A DNA stretch of 64,000 bases from Candidatus Norongarragalinales archaeon (GTDB lineage Archaea > Micrarchaeota > Micrarchaeia > Norongarragalinales > Norongarragalinaceae). The notes beneath the pieces were generated by a model. That model had not been told where the DNA came from. It made no database searches and saw nothing but the letters and a program-made list of their open reading frames with translations. Where the stretch lies: contig JAWABJ010000001.1 of the NCBI GenBank assembly GCA_038884755.1, forward strand, positions 192,001 to 256,000, read 5' to 3'. Made by a program: the position numbers and the translations under genes. Numbering within the stretch: the first letter of the stretch is position 1; each line of letters begins with the position of its first letter. Of the stretch, positions 45,213 to 54,769 are shown one piece after another.

Positions 45213-48200
45213 TCACTCTTCTTGCTTGTTTCTCAAGAAGAAAGCCGCGAGTGCTATTAAGACTAACGCTCCGCCTGCGCCCAGCAGCAGGGCGTTGTAG
45301 TTTTCCTTCCCCCTGTTTTTTTCCGTAGAGTCGAAGATGGAGTTAAGCCTTTTCGCGGCAAACCACGCGGTGAACGCTTTTCCGTTTTCTTCGTCTTCCT
45401 TTGCTTGGTTCAGCGCCGAGAGGGTTTCGTCGGTTCCGAACTGCCTTTGCTTGAGTTCGGCGTTGGAAACCTCTTCCCGCGCTTTTTGTTTTTGTTGTGC
45501 GGTTGCTTCCTCCAAAACCTCGAGTTTCGCTTGCACTCGTTCGGCCAAGGCTTGCAGGCGGGACTGTGTTTCGGCTTTTTCCACGGCTTTCAAGAGCTTT
45601 TCGATTTCCGACTTCGCCTTCTTGCCTTCCTGATGCAAGACGTTTTTCTGGAGTTCTTTCGCGTTTTCCTCGCTTGGGGAAAACGCGGTTTCGAACTCGC
45701 TGAATGCAGAAAGCGCCTTGTCCCGCAAAACGCCGAATTCTTCGAACTCTTCACTCAGCCTCCGCCTCTCCTCGTTTTTTTCTGAGGCGGCTATTGCCGC
45801 TTTTTCCAGCTCTTCAGCCGCTTTCTGCAAGTCCCCAAGCAAAAGGAATTTTTTCGCTTGCTCAACGCACTCTCTGCAGCTTTTCTCCAGCCTCTCGATT
45901 TCAGCGCCGATTCTTTCCTCTTCTCCGACGTCAATGTTTTTTTGCAGCGCGCTTTCTTCCAGGCTTCGAAAGCCGGGTTGCGGGGCAATGCAGCCAAGCA
46001 CGACCACGGTTTTTTTCGTTTCGAAAAGCCCGAGTTTTTCCCCGGTTATTTCAACTGCAAGAATCCCGTCCAAGACTTTTACTTTTGCTTTCAGGCTGCC
46101 GGAAACCGAAACCCCGCCGTCGCATGCTTCGAAAGCGATTTCCTCGTTGAAATTTTCCAAGGCAACGTGCTTGCTTTCGACCGAGATTTCGATTTCGGTC
46201 AAGTTGCCGGCGAGTCTGAAGTTTTCCTCGATTCGGACGGGGTGTGGAACGGCGTATTCAATTTCAAGCGCGTTTTCCCCTTTTTTCGCTTGCGCGAGAA
46301 TCCTTATTTGCGATAAATTCCCGTTCGTGAAAAAAACCGCGTTTGCGCCGCTTGCGCGCGCGAATTCGATTGGAAACTGTTTTTCCAAAACCAATAGCGT
46401 TTCGGTGTCGCGAGTAGCAGTGAAGAGGATTTTTTCCTCGACAAGCGCTTCGAGCGAATTGGAGTGCACTGTTTTCGCCTGCGTTTTTGCTATTTCCACG
46501 ATTTTTTCCAGGGTTTCGTACTCCAGGAAGTATTCCGCGTTTTCCTCCGTTTTTTCCAGGAAAACGTTTTTTGCAATTGACATTTCCGGGCTTTTCCGCA
46601 GGACGACCGCCCCGCCGGGGATTTCAAAGTCAAGCTTGATTTGCCTTTCGGTTGACAGCGGCAATAGGTTTTTCATGGTTATTGAATGGCGGACCCGCGT
46701 TTTCTCCCCTGCTACGGGCAGTTCGGCGTCACGCCCTACCTTCGCTTGCTCTTGCAAGTGTTTCTTGAGGATTTCGGGAGTTTTCGCTTCCGCGAGCGAA
46801 AGCAGGTCGTATAACCGGAATTCAATTCCCGCGAGCCTTCCGGCGGCTTTCTCGAAGTCGATTTTCCCGAAGGGAAACATGCTTTTGATTTCCAAAAGCC
46901 TCGAGTGCGCGCCTTCGCCCAAGTGCGGGGCGATTGAAGAAATTTTTTCGTAATTCCCGTCGATTGCGGAATAGCGTTCGTAGAGTTTCGCCAAAACCTT
47001 TTCCTTCAGCCCGTCTAATTGCGCTTCCAAAAAAATTCCTTGTTCTCCGCCGGCGTTTTCCATGGAGAGCTCGATTTCCTTGAGTTTTTCCCCTTCGGCT
47101 TCGAACACGGCGTCCTTCTTTGCGCGCGAAACGAGTTCCTTAAGCTCTTCCAGCTTGGTTTGGAGGGTAAATTTGAACGCCTGGCTTGCGGGGGTTTCGG
47201 AAAGGATTTCCTGCGCCTTCTTGAGTTGGGTTATTGCGGAAACGTAGTACAAAATCCTTTCCCCTCGGGTGGAAATGCGCTGGGAGTCAAGGGTTTCGTG
47301 CAAAAGCTCACGGGCTTTTGCGGCTGAAAACGAATTCGCCCGTTCCATCATGCTTTCGGCAAGCGTTTTTTCCTGCAGGACTTTTTGCTTCAGCGTTTTT
47401 TCAAGGCTTTCGCTCCTTTCCGCCGCGTTTTCGAAGAGCCTCTGCTCTTCCTTCAGGCGCGTGTTGGCTTCGGCGAGCTTTTCTATCGCCCTGCTGGCGT
47501 AGCCTTCCTGCTTTCCGTTCCAGTCCGCCCGCGCCTGCTGGCTTTTTTCTGTCGCCATCCTGTCGCTCTCTACCGCCTTCTCGAAATCGCTTTCGAAAGA
47601 CTCGAGTGAGTTTTCGCTGCTCACGCTTTCCGCTTCCCCTACGAGGTGAAAGGCGTTTTCCCCTATTTCCCTGATTTTCTCTCCTTCCAGAAAATCCCGC
47701 TGCAGCTTTACCTTGATTTTCAGAAGCTGGTTTTCCTCGTCGAGCCTCTGGTATTCCCTTTCAAGAAGGAAAACCGCTTGCAAAACCCTGTCGTCCAAAG
47801 CGATTTCCTTTCCCCACAGCCCTTCCCTTCCCACGAGCGCTTCAACTCCCTTCACCATTTCCCCCGAAGAAAGTGTTTGGTTGACGAGTGGGATGGTTTT
47901 GGAAAACTCGCTTCCGAACCCTTTGCCTAGGGGATTCCGTTCTTCAATGTTTTTCTTCGCTTCGCCCAGTTCCGAGACGACTCCGCCTGCAAAACCTTGG
48001 AAGCCCGGGCCTATCATGAGCTCGAGTTTTGCAGCGTCGGAGTCTATGATGCTGAGGCCTTCCCGAGCGGCTTCGCTCGCTTCCCTCAACGCCTTTTGCC
48101 CGTAAAGAAAACAGTAAGTGGAATGGTGTCGGTATGCCGCGAGCGTGGCTTTGTTCAAGAATTTCGGCTGCAGCGCCGCGTGCGCTTTTGCCTTTTGCAA

Positions 48201-48425
48201 GTCGCGCGAAGCTTGCGCCGCTTTGGCAAAGGCGAAGTCGCTGCGCGCGTTTTCCGCCAACGCCGTTTTCGCGGCCAGAAAGCCGGCGCAGCTTTTTGGG
48301 TAGAGCGAGTAGTAAGAGAAGGAAAGGTTTTTCGGCTCTAGGAGAAAGCCGTATTCGGAAAGCGCCCAAGCGGGGAGCGCGTTGAGCAGGATAAGCAGCG
48401 AAGCAACGGCGAGCTTTCGAAGCAC
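45213..48425 (-). CDS. 1070-aa membrane-anchored surface protein (coiled coil, beta-rich region, coiled coil, TM)
   Basis: Signal peptide, long E/K/A/L-rich helices, C-terminal TM LLLGAGGALVLIALAAFFL. Confidence 0.75.
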   Translation of the reverse strand: MLRKLAVASLLILLNALPAWALSEYGFLLEPKNLSFSYYSLYPKSCAGFLAAKTALAENARSDFAFAKAAQASRDLQKAKAHAALQPKFLNKATLAAYRHHSTYCFLYGQKALREASEAAREGLSIIDSDAAKLELMIGPGFQGFAGGVVSELGEAKKNIEERNPLGKGFGSEFSKTIPLVNQTLSSGEMVKGVEALVGREGLWGKEIALDDRVLQAVFLLEREYQRLDEENQLLKIKVKLQRDFLEGEKIREIGENAFHLVGEAESVSSENSLESFESDFEKAVESDRMATEKSQQARADWNGKQEGYASRAIEKLAEANTRLKEEQRLFENAAERSESLEKTLKQKVLQEKTLAESMMERANSFSAAKARELLHETLDSQRISTRGERILYYVSAITQLKKAQEILSETPASQAFKFTLQTKLEELKELVSRAKKDAVFEAEGEKLKEIELSMENAGGEQGIFLEAQLDGLKEKVLAKLYERYSAIDGNYEKISSIAPHLGEGAHSRLLEIKSMFPFGKIDFEKAAGRLAGIEFRLYDLLSLAEAKTPEILKKHLQEQAKVGRDAELPVAGEKTRVRHSITMKNLLPLSTERQIKLDFEIPGGAVVLRKSPEMSIAKNVFLEKTEENAEYFLEYETLEKIVEIAKTQAKTVHSNSLEALVEEKILFTATRDTETLLVLEKQFPIEFARASGANAVFFTNGNLSQIRILAQAKKGENALEIEYAVPHPVRIEENFRLAGNLTEIEISVESKHVALENFNEEIAFEACDGGVSVSGSLKAKVKVLDGILAVEITGEKLGLFETKKTVVVLGCIAPQPGFRSLEESALQKNIDVGEEERIGAEIERLEKSCRECVEQAKKFLLLGDLQKAAEELEKAAIAASEKNEERRRLSEEFEEFGVLRDKALSAFSEFETAFSPSEENAKELQKNVLHQEGKKAKSEIEKLLKAVEKAETQSRLQALAERVQAKLEVLEEATAQQKQKAREEVSNAELKQRQFGTDETLSALNQAKEDEENGKAFTAWFAAKRLNSIFDSTEKNRGKENYNALLLGAGGALVLIALAAFFLRNKQEE

Positions 48426-48494
48426 AGTTTTGGAAGTGCGGCGGGAATTAAATTGGATGGGTTTATTTTTCTTAAACTTCCAGTTTAATTTTTT

Positions 48495-49169
48495 TCAGCC
48501 GATTTGCCTGCACGCGCGGTCTTGGCACCCGTTTTCGCACGTGATGAGCTGGTGCGCCAGTCTTCCCTGCTGGTTGCAGTAGTACTCGCGGAGAAACATG
48601 CCTGCGCAAACGTCGTAAGCACTCTTGTACCCTTCCCTTACGATGCCTTTGAGAAACGGCTCGACCCCGCCGTCCGAGTCTTCGCACCCTTCAACCGCCG
48701 TCCTGGGCTCGAAGTCAGTATGCACTTTGGCGATGTTGTTGCGCTCTTCGCTTTCCTTTACTTTGTTGAAAAAGTCGGTTTTCAAGAGAAAACTTTTCCT
48801 GCCCTTGCGCGTGCATGTTATCGAAAACCTCACGTCGGCGCTCTCGCCAGGCAGCAGCTTTTCTATGAACGAGTTTTCCCTGCTTATCAGCTTGCAGTCC
48901 GCCCCCCACGCTACTGCCGACGCTTGCGACGCGTGGAAGTACGATGGAATAGTGTAAATGTAGGTGAAGAAGGAAAGAGCTTCCTTGTCGCCTTGGTTTT
49001 TGACTTTCGCGTAAACGAGAATCTCGCCCGTGCTCGAGGTTTTGAGGGTGACTTCGGCTTTTTCGAAAAGCAAGTCCGGCAAGGGCGTCACGGCGCCCGC
49101 CTGCCCTTCGGCGAAAACGGCGTTAGCCGCAGCCAAAGCGATTGCAACAGCGAAAATCCAGATTTTCAT
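48495..49169 (-). CDS. Secreted CARDB (Ig-like) protein with a C-terminal CEDSDGG module
   Basis: LPDL, VKNQG, L.PGES, D..NKVKESEERNN; CEDSDGG...LREYYC...CENGCQDRAC. Confidence 0.8.
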   Translation of the reverse strand: MKIWIFAVAIALAAANAVFAEGQAGAVTPLPDLLFEKAEVTLKTSSTGEILVYAKVKNQGDKEALSFFTYIYTIPSYFHASQASAVAWGADCKLISRENSFIEKLLPGESADVRFSITCTRKGRKSFLLKTDFFNKVKESEERNNIAKVHTDFEPRTAVEGCEDSDGGVEPFLKGIVREGYKSAYDVCAGMFLREYYCNQQGRLAHQLITCENGCQDRACRQIG

Positions 49170-49295
49170 TCCAACCCGCCTCCTGCATTCACTAACGTTG
49201 AAGGTTTTCGTGTTTATTATCCCTTACTGTTTTTTATATTCAGACGCGCTTTTTTGTTTTGGTCGTGTCCTGTTTCTGTTCAAGGTGGGTTTAAA

Positions 49296-49847
49296 GTGAG
49301 GGTGTTCAAGCACGGAGATGCTCTTGCAATAGTGTTTCCGCAAAGCATTGCAGGCGGCCTGAAGGAAGGCGATGAGCTGGAATTCGTGGAAATCGAGAAA
49401 GGGCTTTTCGCGCTGGCGAGCAAGGAAAAGATTTCCGAAGCCTTGAGGCCGAAAGTCGCGCATGGGCTTTCCGCAGTGCAGGCGAAAGGCGATTTGCAGG
49501 GGGGTTTGGGCGCTTTCTTCAAGCGCGAGCTCGAGTCGAAAGGGTTCGTGGTCGTATTCGCAGAGAAAGGCGCGCAGGCTGTTTCCGTTGATTTCGAAAA
49601 GGAAATCAAGAGCGGTTCTATAGTGGGCGGACGGGGTTTCGACAAGAAGTTTTACTTGGCGAAGAGGGAGTTTGCCGAGGAAAACTCGCCGAAAATCCTG
49701 AAGGCGCTCCACCCTTCCCCTTGCTCGGTGGAACAGCTGGTCGAGAAAACCAAGCTTTCCGAGGACGGGATTAAGGCGTTGCTTTGCATCCTCATGGAAG
49801 AGGGCGAAGTGATAGAAAAAAAGAAGGGCGTTTTTGCCGCAGCTTGA
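49296..49847 (+). CDS. AbrB-like N-terminal domain fused to a C-terminal winged HTH
   Basis: VFKHGDALAIVFP...LKEGDELEF; SVEQLVEKTKLSEDGIKALLCILMEEGEVIEKKKGVF; GTG start after AGGTGG. Confidence 0.65.
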   Translation: MRVFKHGDALAIVFPQSIAGGLKEGDELEFVEIEKGLFALASKEKISEALRPKVAHGLSAVQAKGDLQGGLGAFFKRELESKGFVVVFAEKGAQAVSVDFEKEIKSGSIVGGRGFDKKFYLAKREFAEENSPKILKALHPSPCSVEQLVEKTKLSEDGIKALLCILMEEGEVIEKKKGVFAAA

Positions 49848-49853
49848 GCCGAA

Positions 49854-50012
49854 TTACCTTACGGCGATTTTGAGGATTATTTCCAAGAGTATTATCGCGA
49901 TTGAAAAACCGAGGACTACTTTCGCGTCGAGCCTTATTTTCGAGGAGGAAACGTCGTAAAAGCGCATTATTCCCGCGCTTGAAGTCGGAGCTTGAATCTT
50001 GTCGTCGGCCAT
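49854..50012 (-). CDS. secG: Preprotein translocase subunit Sec61beta
   Basis: PTSSAGIMRFYD...KIRLDAK followed by one TM. Confidence 0.92.
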   Translation of the reverse strand: MADDKIQAPTSSAGIMRFYDVSSSKIRLDAKVVLGFSIAIILLEIILKIAVR

Positions 50013-50099
50013 GTGCGTTTCTCCCCTGCCGCGAAGGCTGGAATTCCGAGCGCCCACGCAAGCCAAATGATTTAAACCAACCGCAATTTAAATTTACTC

Positions 50100-51047
50100 A
50101 TGGCACGGTTCGTCGCGCAGGAAACCCCCCTCGAACAGCTCGAGCGGCTGGTTCCCAACATACTCATCCTCCTCATCCTAATCCTGGCTTTGCTTGTGGT
50201 GCTCACGAAGTTCGGGTGGGTGCACTGCACTCAAGTGCCTTTCTTCAATTGGTGCGACACTTACTGCACATACGTCGAGCAGGGAAAGTCGCGCGTGGGC
50301 GTTTTGTACGGGAGCGACGGCATGGGTGACCCGCAGGCGTTGAGGGCGCTTTTGGGACGCCAGCGGGGCTTTACGCTGGTAGAGCCGCTGGAGGGGACCG
50401 AGCTTTCGGCAGGAGTGCTGAAAAAATACGATTTGCTCGTGGTTGAAAAGTTCAAGACCGCTTCCACGCGGCAAGTGGACGCGATAATCGGGTATTTGGA
50501 TTCCGGCGGGACCGTGGTTTGGGTAGGCGATTCGTTTTCCAACCAGTACGCCGACGAGTTCGACTTGCTTTTGGCAAGGCAGAAAAACGAGTCTTTTCAC
50601 GCGCAGTTGCTTGAGTTCAACGTGACCAACGGTTCGCAAGCGTGGAACGAAGCGTGGAACGCGGCTAAAACCCAGTCTTGGTACAAGCTGTTGTACAACA
50701 AAACCAAGTTCAAAGGCTTTGACGTTTTGGAAGACTACCTGCGCGCGAGGTACAACGGAACGGTTGCGACGGACAACGCGTCGTTCAGGGTCGTCGACCC
50801 GTCGCACATGCTCGTGAAAGGGTTGTACAAGCAATACCCCTTGAGCGGGGTCAAGGAGTTCGCGAGGGTTTTTCCTGACGCGAGCGGCGTGAACATGCTC
50901 GCGCAAATCGTCACCCCGAAAGGCGTTTACCCTGCAGTCTTGGAAACGCGTTATTCCGGAAAGATCGTGTATATTGCGTTTCCGCTCGAGCAAGTGGATT
51001 CAACCACGTTTTTGGTGAATCTGCTCGACTACCTGGTGTCGTGCTGA
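50100..51047 (+). CDS. Membrane-anchored protein with class I GATase/ThuA-like domain
   Basis: N-terminal TM; LKKYDLLVV...IIGYLDSGGTVVWVGD; HMLVKG; GKIVYIAF; paralogue of the next gene. Confidence 0.65.
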   Translation: MARFVAQETPLEQLERLVPNILILLILILALLVVLTKFGWVHCTQVPFFNWCDTYCTYVEQGKSRVGVLYGSDGMGDPQALRALLGRQRGFTLVEPLEGTELSAGVLKKYDLLVVEKFKTASTRQVDAIIGYLDSGGTVVWVGDSFSNQYADEFDLLLARQKNESFHAQLLEFNVTNGSQAWNEAWNAAKTQSWYKLLYNKTKFKGFDVLEDYLRARYNGTVATDNASFRVVDPSHMLVKGLYKQYPLSGVKEFARVFPDASGVNMLAQIVTPKGVYPAVLETRYSGKIVYIAFPLEQVDSTTFLVNLLDYLVSC

Positions 51048-51141
51048 CGCCGAAAAAAAAGCGTTTTTAGTATAAACTGCGTCAGGGTGAAAAAAACCTT
51101 TATAAACTTCCCTTGACAGAGAAATGTAGGTGATGTTTTAA

Positions 51142-51969
51142 ATGGCTGGCAAAAGAGGGCAGCAGTCTTATGCTGAGAGCGTCATTCCGATTATCCTGAT
51201 CATAATTTTGGCTTTGTTTATCGCTGCAAAGCTCGGTTACATCGACTTGAGTTCGATGCCTCTCGTGGGAGGTTTGTTCCCTCAGTCGTACATCCGCATT
51301 GCCGTCGTGGGTTCGCCTTCTCCGCAGCTTAACGACTATTTGAGGAGCGAGCAGTACCGCCTTGCAGGCGTTTCTTACGCAGTTCCCATACGCCAAGAGG
51401 CGATTTACCCTGGCGTTTTGAAGAATTTTGACATAATCATTCTCCAGAACAGCCGCGTGTGCGACCGCACCGCGCGCAAGGAAATCACTAACGCCGTCAA
51501 GAGCGGCAAGAAGCTTTTGGTCATAGGCGACGCTTGCACTGCAGTTACGGACGACCCGACTGCAGCAGGCTGGAACGTCGGCATAGGCTTGCTGGGCGAC
51601 GTGATGCCCGTGGAATGGGGAGGAAACTTGTTCCACGAACGCGGGCAGACTCTCGTAACCGTGCGCCAGGGCAAGTTCCAAATCATCGACCAAGACCATC
51701 CGATTTTCAACGGAATCTTGAACCACGGCGTTTTTGAAGACACTTACACCAACGTCTATCCCAAGGCGAACTCGGGAGTGCTTGCGTTGGTTGAAGAGTT
51801 CGGCGGAAGGCCCACGAGCGCCGTGACCTACGCGATCGTTGAAAGCAAGGGAATGTTCACTTCTGGAAAGACGCTTTACTTCTCTTTCGACCCTTCAACC
51901 GTCAACCCGACCGGCCAGTACCACTTGCTTTTGAACACGCTCTTGTACTTGAAGGGCGCGAAGGGCTGA
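51142..51969 (+). CDS. Class III (pilin-type) signal-peptide protein with class I GATase/ThuA-like domain
   Basis: MAGKRG|Q plus hydrophobic helix; LKNFDIIIL...VKSGKKLLVIGD; HPIFNG; GKTLYFSF. Confidence 0.65.
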   Translation: MAGKRGQQSYAESVIPIILIIILALFIAAKLGYIDLSSMPLVGGLFPQSYIRIAVVGSPSPQLNDYLRSEQYRLAGVSYAVPIRQEAIYPGVLKNFDIIILQNSRVCDRTARKEITNAVKSGKKLLVIGDACTAVTDDPTAAGWNVGIGLLGDVMPVEWGGNLFHERGQTLVTVRQGKFQIIDQDHPIFNGILNHGVFEDTYTNVYPKANSGVLALVEEFGGRPTSAVTYAIVESKGMFTSGKTLYFSFDPSTVNPTGQYHLLLNTLLYLKGAKG

Positions 51970-52038
51970 GTTTTTCAAAAGCCTTTTTTTTCTCTTTTTT
52001 TCCGAATTTATTTAAAGCGGGGCTTCGCTATTTTCTCC

Positions 52039-52752
52039 ATGCCTGTAGTTTGGAAGGAAAGACACATTCTAACACCCAAAGGCTGGGCTCGCGTGGTGCA
52101 CTTGCAAGGCCACGATCCGGAAGAGATTTTCAAGCTCGTTCAAACGAGGGGAGACCGGCTTTCCGGCCATCCTCCCGTGACCTTGTACCGGCATGGAACA
52201 ACAAGCTTGGTTTTTAGGCCTCGAACCGAGGATTTCAACCCTTCTAAACAATTCAAGGTCTTGCAGCGCATGGTGGAAAAAAGGCAAGCGAGCGTGGAAA
52301 TGCCTTTCGCCTTGGTGGAACATCCTGACCACTATGGGCTTCTTTCTTACGCGAAAAAAGGCGTGTCGAAACGCTCGATGCTCGCCAACGTGATTAACGA
52401 TAATGCCTTGTCTATGCAAGAACGATGGAGCATGGCTAAAGCCGGAATGCGGCGGCTTGCCGAAATTCATGCTGTAGGCTTCAACCACGGTCATCCTTAC
52501 GGAAACCTCATGGTTGACGCAAACAACCGCGTCAAGTTTATAGACTCAAGTCTCGTGAGTGAATTTGATTCAACCTTGGCTGAAGGGGAACTTGAGGGTT
52601 TGGCGTCCGCGCTTACGGAGCGCTTGTGGGTTGCAAGGCCTTGGGAAGAGAGAATAAAATTAAACCATAAAGTGGAAATGTTTCGAATACAAAAGAGGCT
52701 GCTTGAAGAGTACAACCGAACTTTAGAAAAACGGTCGAAGAAAAAACTTTGA
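52039..52752 (+). CDS. Protein-kinase-like (Bud32/RIO/Kdo-type) protein, probable pseudokinase
   Basis: LAEIHAVGFNHGHPYGNLMV...VKFIDSS. Confidence 0.65.
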   Translation: MPVVWKERHILTPKGWARVVHLQGHDPEEIFKLVQTRGDRLSGHPPVTLYRHGTTSLVFRPRTEDFNPSKQFKVLQRMVEKRQASVEMPFALVEHPDHYGLLSYAKKGVSKRSMLANVINDNALSMQERWSMAKAGMRRLAEIHAVGFNHGHPYGNLMVDANNRVKFIDSSLVSEFDSTLAEGELEGLASALTERLWVARPWEERIKLNHKVEMFRIQKRLLEEYNRTLEKRSKKKL

Positions 52753-53234
52753 ACGCAGGTGGGCTTTTGATTGCAGGCGTGGATTCGGGAACTTGGCGGG
52801 CTTTTGCCGTGCTTGATTTTGACGGAAACGTGGTTGCGATGGAAAGCCGAAAGAACTGGACTCCCGACGAGTTCATCGCCTCGCTTTCGGCTTTTCCCCC
52901 TGCGGTTATAGCGTGCGACAAGATTCCTGTTCCCAAAAACATCAGGCTTTTGAAAAGCGTTTTTTCCGCGCGGTTGTTCAAGCCGCACAAGAGTCTTACG
53001 GGAGTGCAGAAGACGTTCTTGACGCGCGACTACCGCATTGCGAATGAGCACGAGCGGGATGCGCTTGCCGCCGCGTTGAAAGCGTTCCGATCTCTCAAAA
53101 ACAAGTTTGAATTGGTAGACAAGAAGGCTGGGAATGCGGGCATCCCGCTTTCTCGAAGGGCTTTGCTCAAGAGGCTGGTTTTAAAGGGAGAAACTGTCGA
53201 AAAGGCTTTGAGGCTTGTTAAAGCAACTGGTTGA
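52749..53234 (+). CDS. DUF460 N-terminal (RNase H-like) domain protein
   Basis: IAGVDSGT..AFAVLDFDG, VIACDKIPVP, NEHERDALAAALKA. Confidence 0.8.
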   Translation: MNAGGLLIAGVDSGTWRAFAVLDFDGNVVAMESRKNWTPDEFIASLSAFPPAVIACDKIPVPKNIRLLKSVFSARLFKPHKSLTGVQKTFLTRDYRIANEHERDALAAALKAFRSLKNKFELVDKKAGNAGIPLSRRALLKRLVLKGETVEKALRLVKATG

Positions 53235-53791
53235 AAATCGTGATTAATCCGTTCAGGCGTTTGAAGGAACTGGTGGACGCGCGCAAGCCCGTCTCTCGCG
53301 AAGCAGTGCGCGCTTTGATGAGGGCGGAGTGGGCCCGCGCTGCGCAAGACGGGAGCTTGCTGTTCGACAGGGTTGACGGCGCTTCTGCCATTTCAAAAAC
53401 CCCAAAAGATTTTATTTCCGCGTTGCGCTCCGGGTTCCAGGAAGCGTCGCGCTTGCAAAGGCAGTAGGTTCGCGCGGCTTTGTTCCACCACGGGAACAGG
53501 ATTGCGACTGAAAAAACGTTGTCTTACTACAAAATTGCCGGGAACAAAGCCGAGAGTTTGAGGCAGTTGACCGCCAGATTCGCGCAGAAAACCGAAAGCA
53601 TGCTGGACTTCGAGGGTACGAATTTGGATTATTACGTTGTCGAGCTTTACTCCGAGACTTTGAAGCACTTGGGCGAGCGGAACGCGAAAAAATTCATGCA
53701 GTTTTACTCCAAACGCTTTGGAGAGTTTCTGCTTGTTTTGAAACAGCTTGAAGAGGAAGACGAGGAAAGGCACGATAGGGCAATGCCCTAG
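53231..53791 (+). pseudogene. Hypothetical gene interrupted by one in-frame TAG (53465-53467), or two small genes
   Basis: ORFs 53231-53467 and 53480-53791 are in the same frame, separated by TAG and four sense codons. Confidence 0.4.
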
Positions 53792-53886
53792 CAAATGGCT
53801 TAAAAACCGCTTTTTCCTGTTTGTTAAAGCCGGGCTTTTGCCCGAACGAACAACACGGCAAGGACTTTCAGAGGTGGGGATTTAGC

Positions 53887-54204
53887 ATGGAAGAATCAGG
53901 ACAGCCGCCAGAAATGATGCCTTCGGGCGAAAGGCGCAGCGACGACACGATTTACATCGGCAAGAAAGACGTGATGAGCTACGTGCTTGCCGTCGTAACG
54001 CAGTTCAACCAAGGTGCTGGGCACGTCAAGCTCAAAGCGCGCGGGAACATGATTTCTCGCGCCGTTGACGTCAGCCAGATCGTGAAAAACCGCTTTCTGC
54101 AAGGGTTGCGCATTACGAACTTCGACGTTGCGACCGAGGAATTGCAGAGCGAAGACGGCTCGATGCGCAAGGTTTCTTCCTTGACGCTCACGCTGGAAAA
54201 GTAA
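53887..54204 (+). CDS. albA: DNA/RNA-binding protein Alba
   Basis: IYIGKKDVMSYVLAV, KARGNMISRAVDV, RKVSSLTLTL. Confidence 0.96.
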   Translation: MEESGQPPEMMPSGERRSDDTIYIGKKDVMSYVLAVVTQFNQGAGHVKLKARGNMISRAVDVSQIVKNRFLQGLRITNFDVATEELQSEDGSMRKVSSLTLTLEK

Positions 54205-54255
54205 GGCGGCGTGAATCCGATTTCTTTTTATTTTCACGCAATCCTAGTGTTAATG

Positions 54256-54312
54256 TTTTCTTTTAGGAAGCAAGTTTCTTTGGTTAAAAACTTTCTTTCC
54301 TAAAGAAATTTT
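54256..54312. repeat. tRNA-associated TTTCTTT/TTTCTTT/AAAGAAA element upstream of tRNA-Val
   Basis: TTTCTTT 54275-81; AAAACTTTCTTT-CCT-AAAGAAATTTT 54287-54312. Confidence 0.7.
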
Positions 54313-54314
54313 AA

Positions 54315-54387
54315 GGGCTCGTAGTCGAATGGCTAAGACGATCGCTTGACGTGCGATAGATTCGGGGTTCGATTCCCTGCGAGCCCA
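54315..54387 (+). tRNA. tRNA-Val(GAC), no intron
   Basis: GGGCTCG/CGAGCCC acceptor stem; ATCGC-TT-GAC-GT-GCGAT; CGGGG-TTCGATT-CCCTG. Confidence 0.95.
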
Positions 54388-54585
54388 CTTCTGGTTTGTT
54401 CTACAAACTCATGCTACCTTCGATTTCTCTGCTCAACTTCTTTTTTCGCAACCATGCATTCCAACCAGTAAATGGATTTTTGTTTCGCTCGTTTTCCCGT
54501 TCACTTTTATGCTCCTCGCAAAGCCAACGTCCCCTTTCTGCTTTCTTCTTACAGATAATACCACTTGGAATACACTCACCTTAGC

Positions 54586-54744
54586 CTACTCTTCTTCCGC
54601 AAACTTCTTTATCTCTTCGAAGTTTTCCACAATCAGTTTCGCCTTGTTCTTGCCGAAGCTGAACGGAAAACGACCTTCCTGATCGCCGTCCCTCTTCAAA
54701 ATAATCAATTTGTTTCCCTTATACTCGCCGAACTCGACTGTCAT
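54586..54744 (-). CDS. 52-aa small protein, possibly PC4-like ssDNA-binding fold
   Basis: MTVEFGEYKGNKLIILKRDGDQEGRFPFSFGKNKAKLIVENFEEIKKFAEEE; GGGGGT RBS. Confidence 0.7.
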   Translation of the reverse strand: MTVEFGEYKGNKLIILKRDGDQEGRFPFSFGKNKAKLIVENFEEIKKFAEEE

Positions 54745-54769
54745 TTTACAAAACCCCCCTTAGTAGTTT

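Noticed and set aside
54400..54580. Minus-strand frame reading ..IICKKKAERGRWLCEEHK..FTGWNAWLRKKK next to tRNA-Val
   Set aside because: No canonical start codon in that frame ahead of the motif; possibly a fragment, too weak to call.
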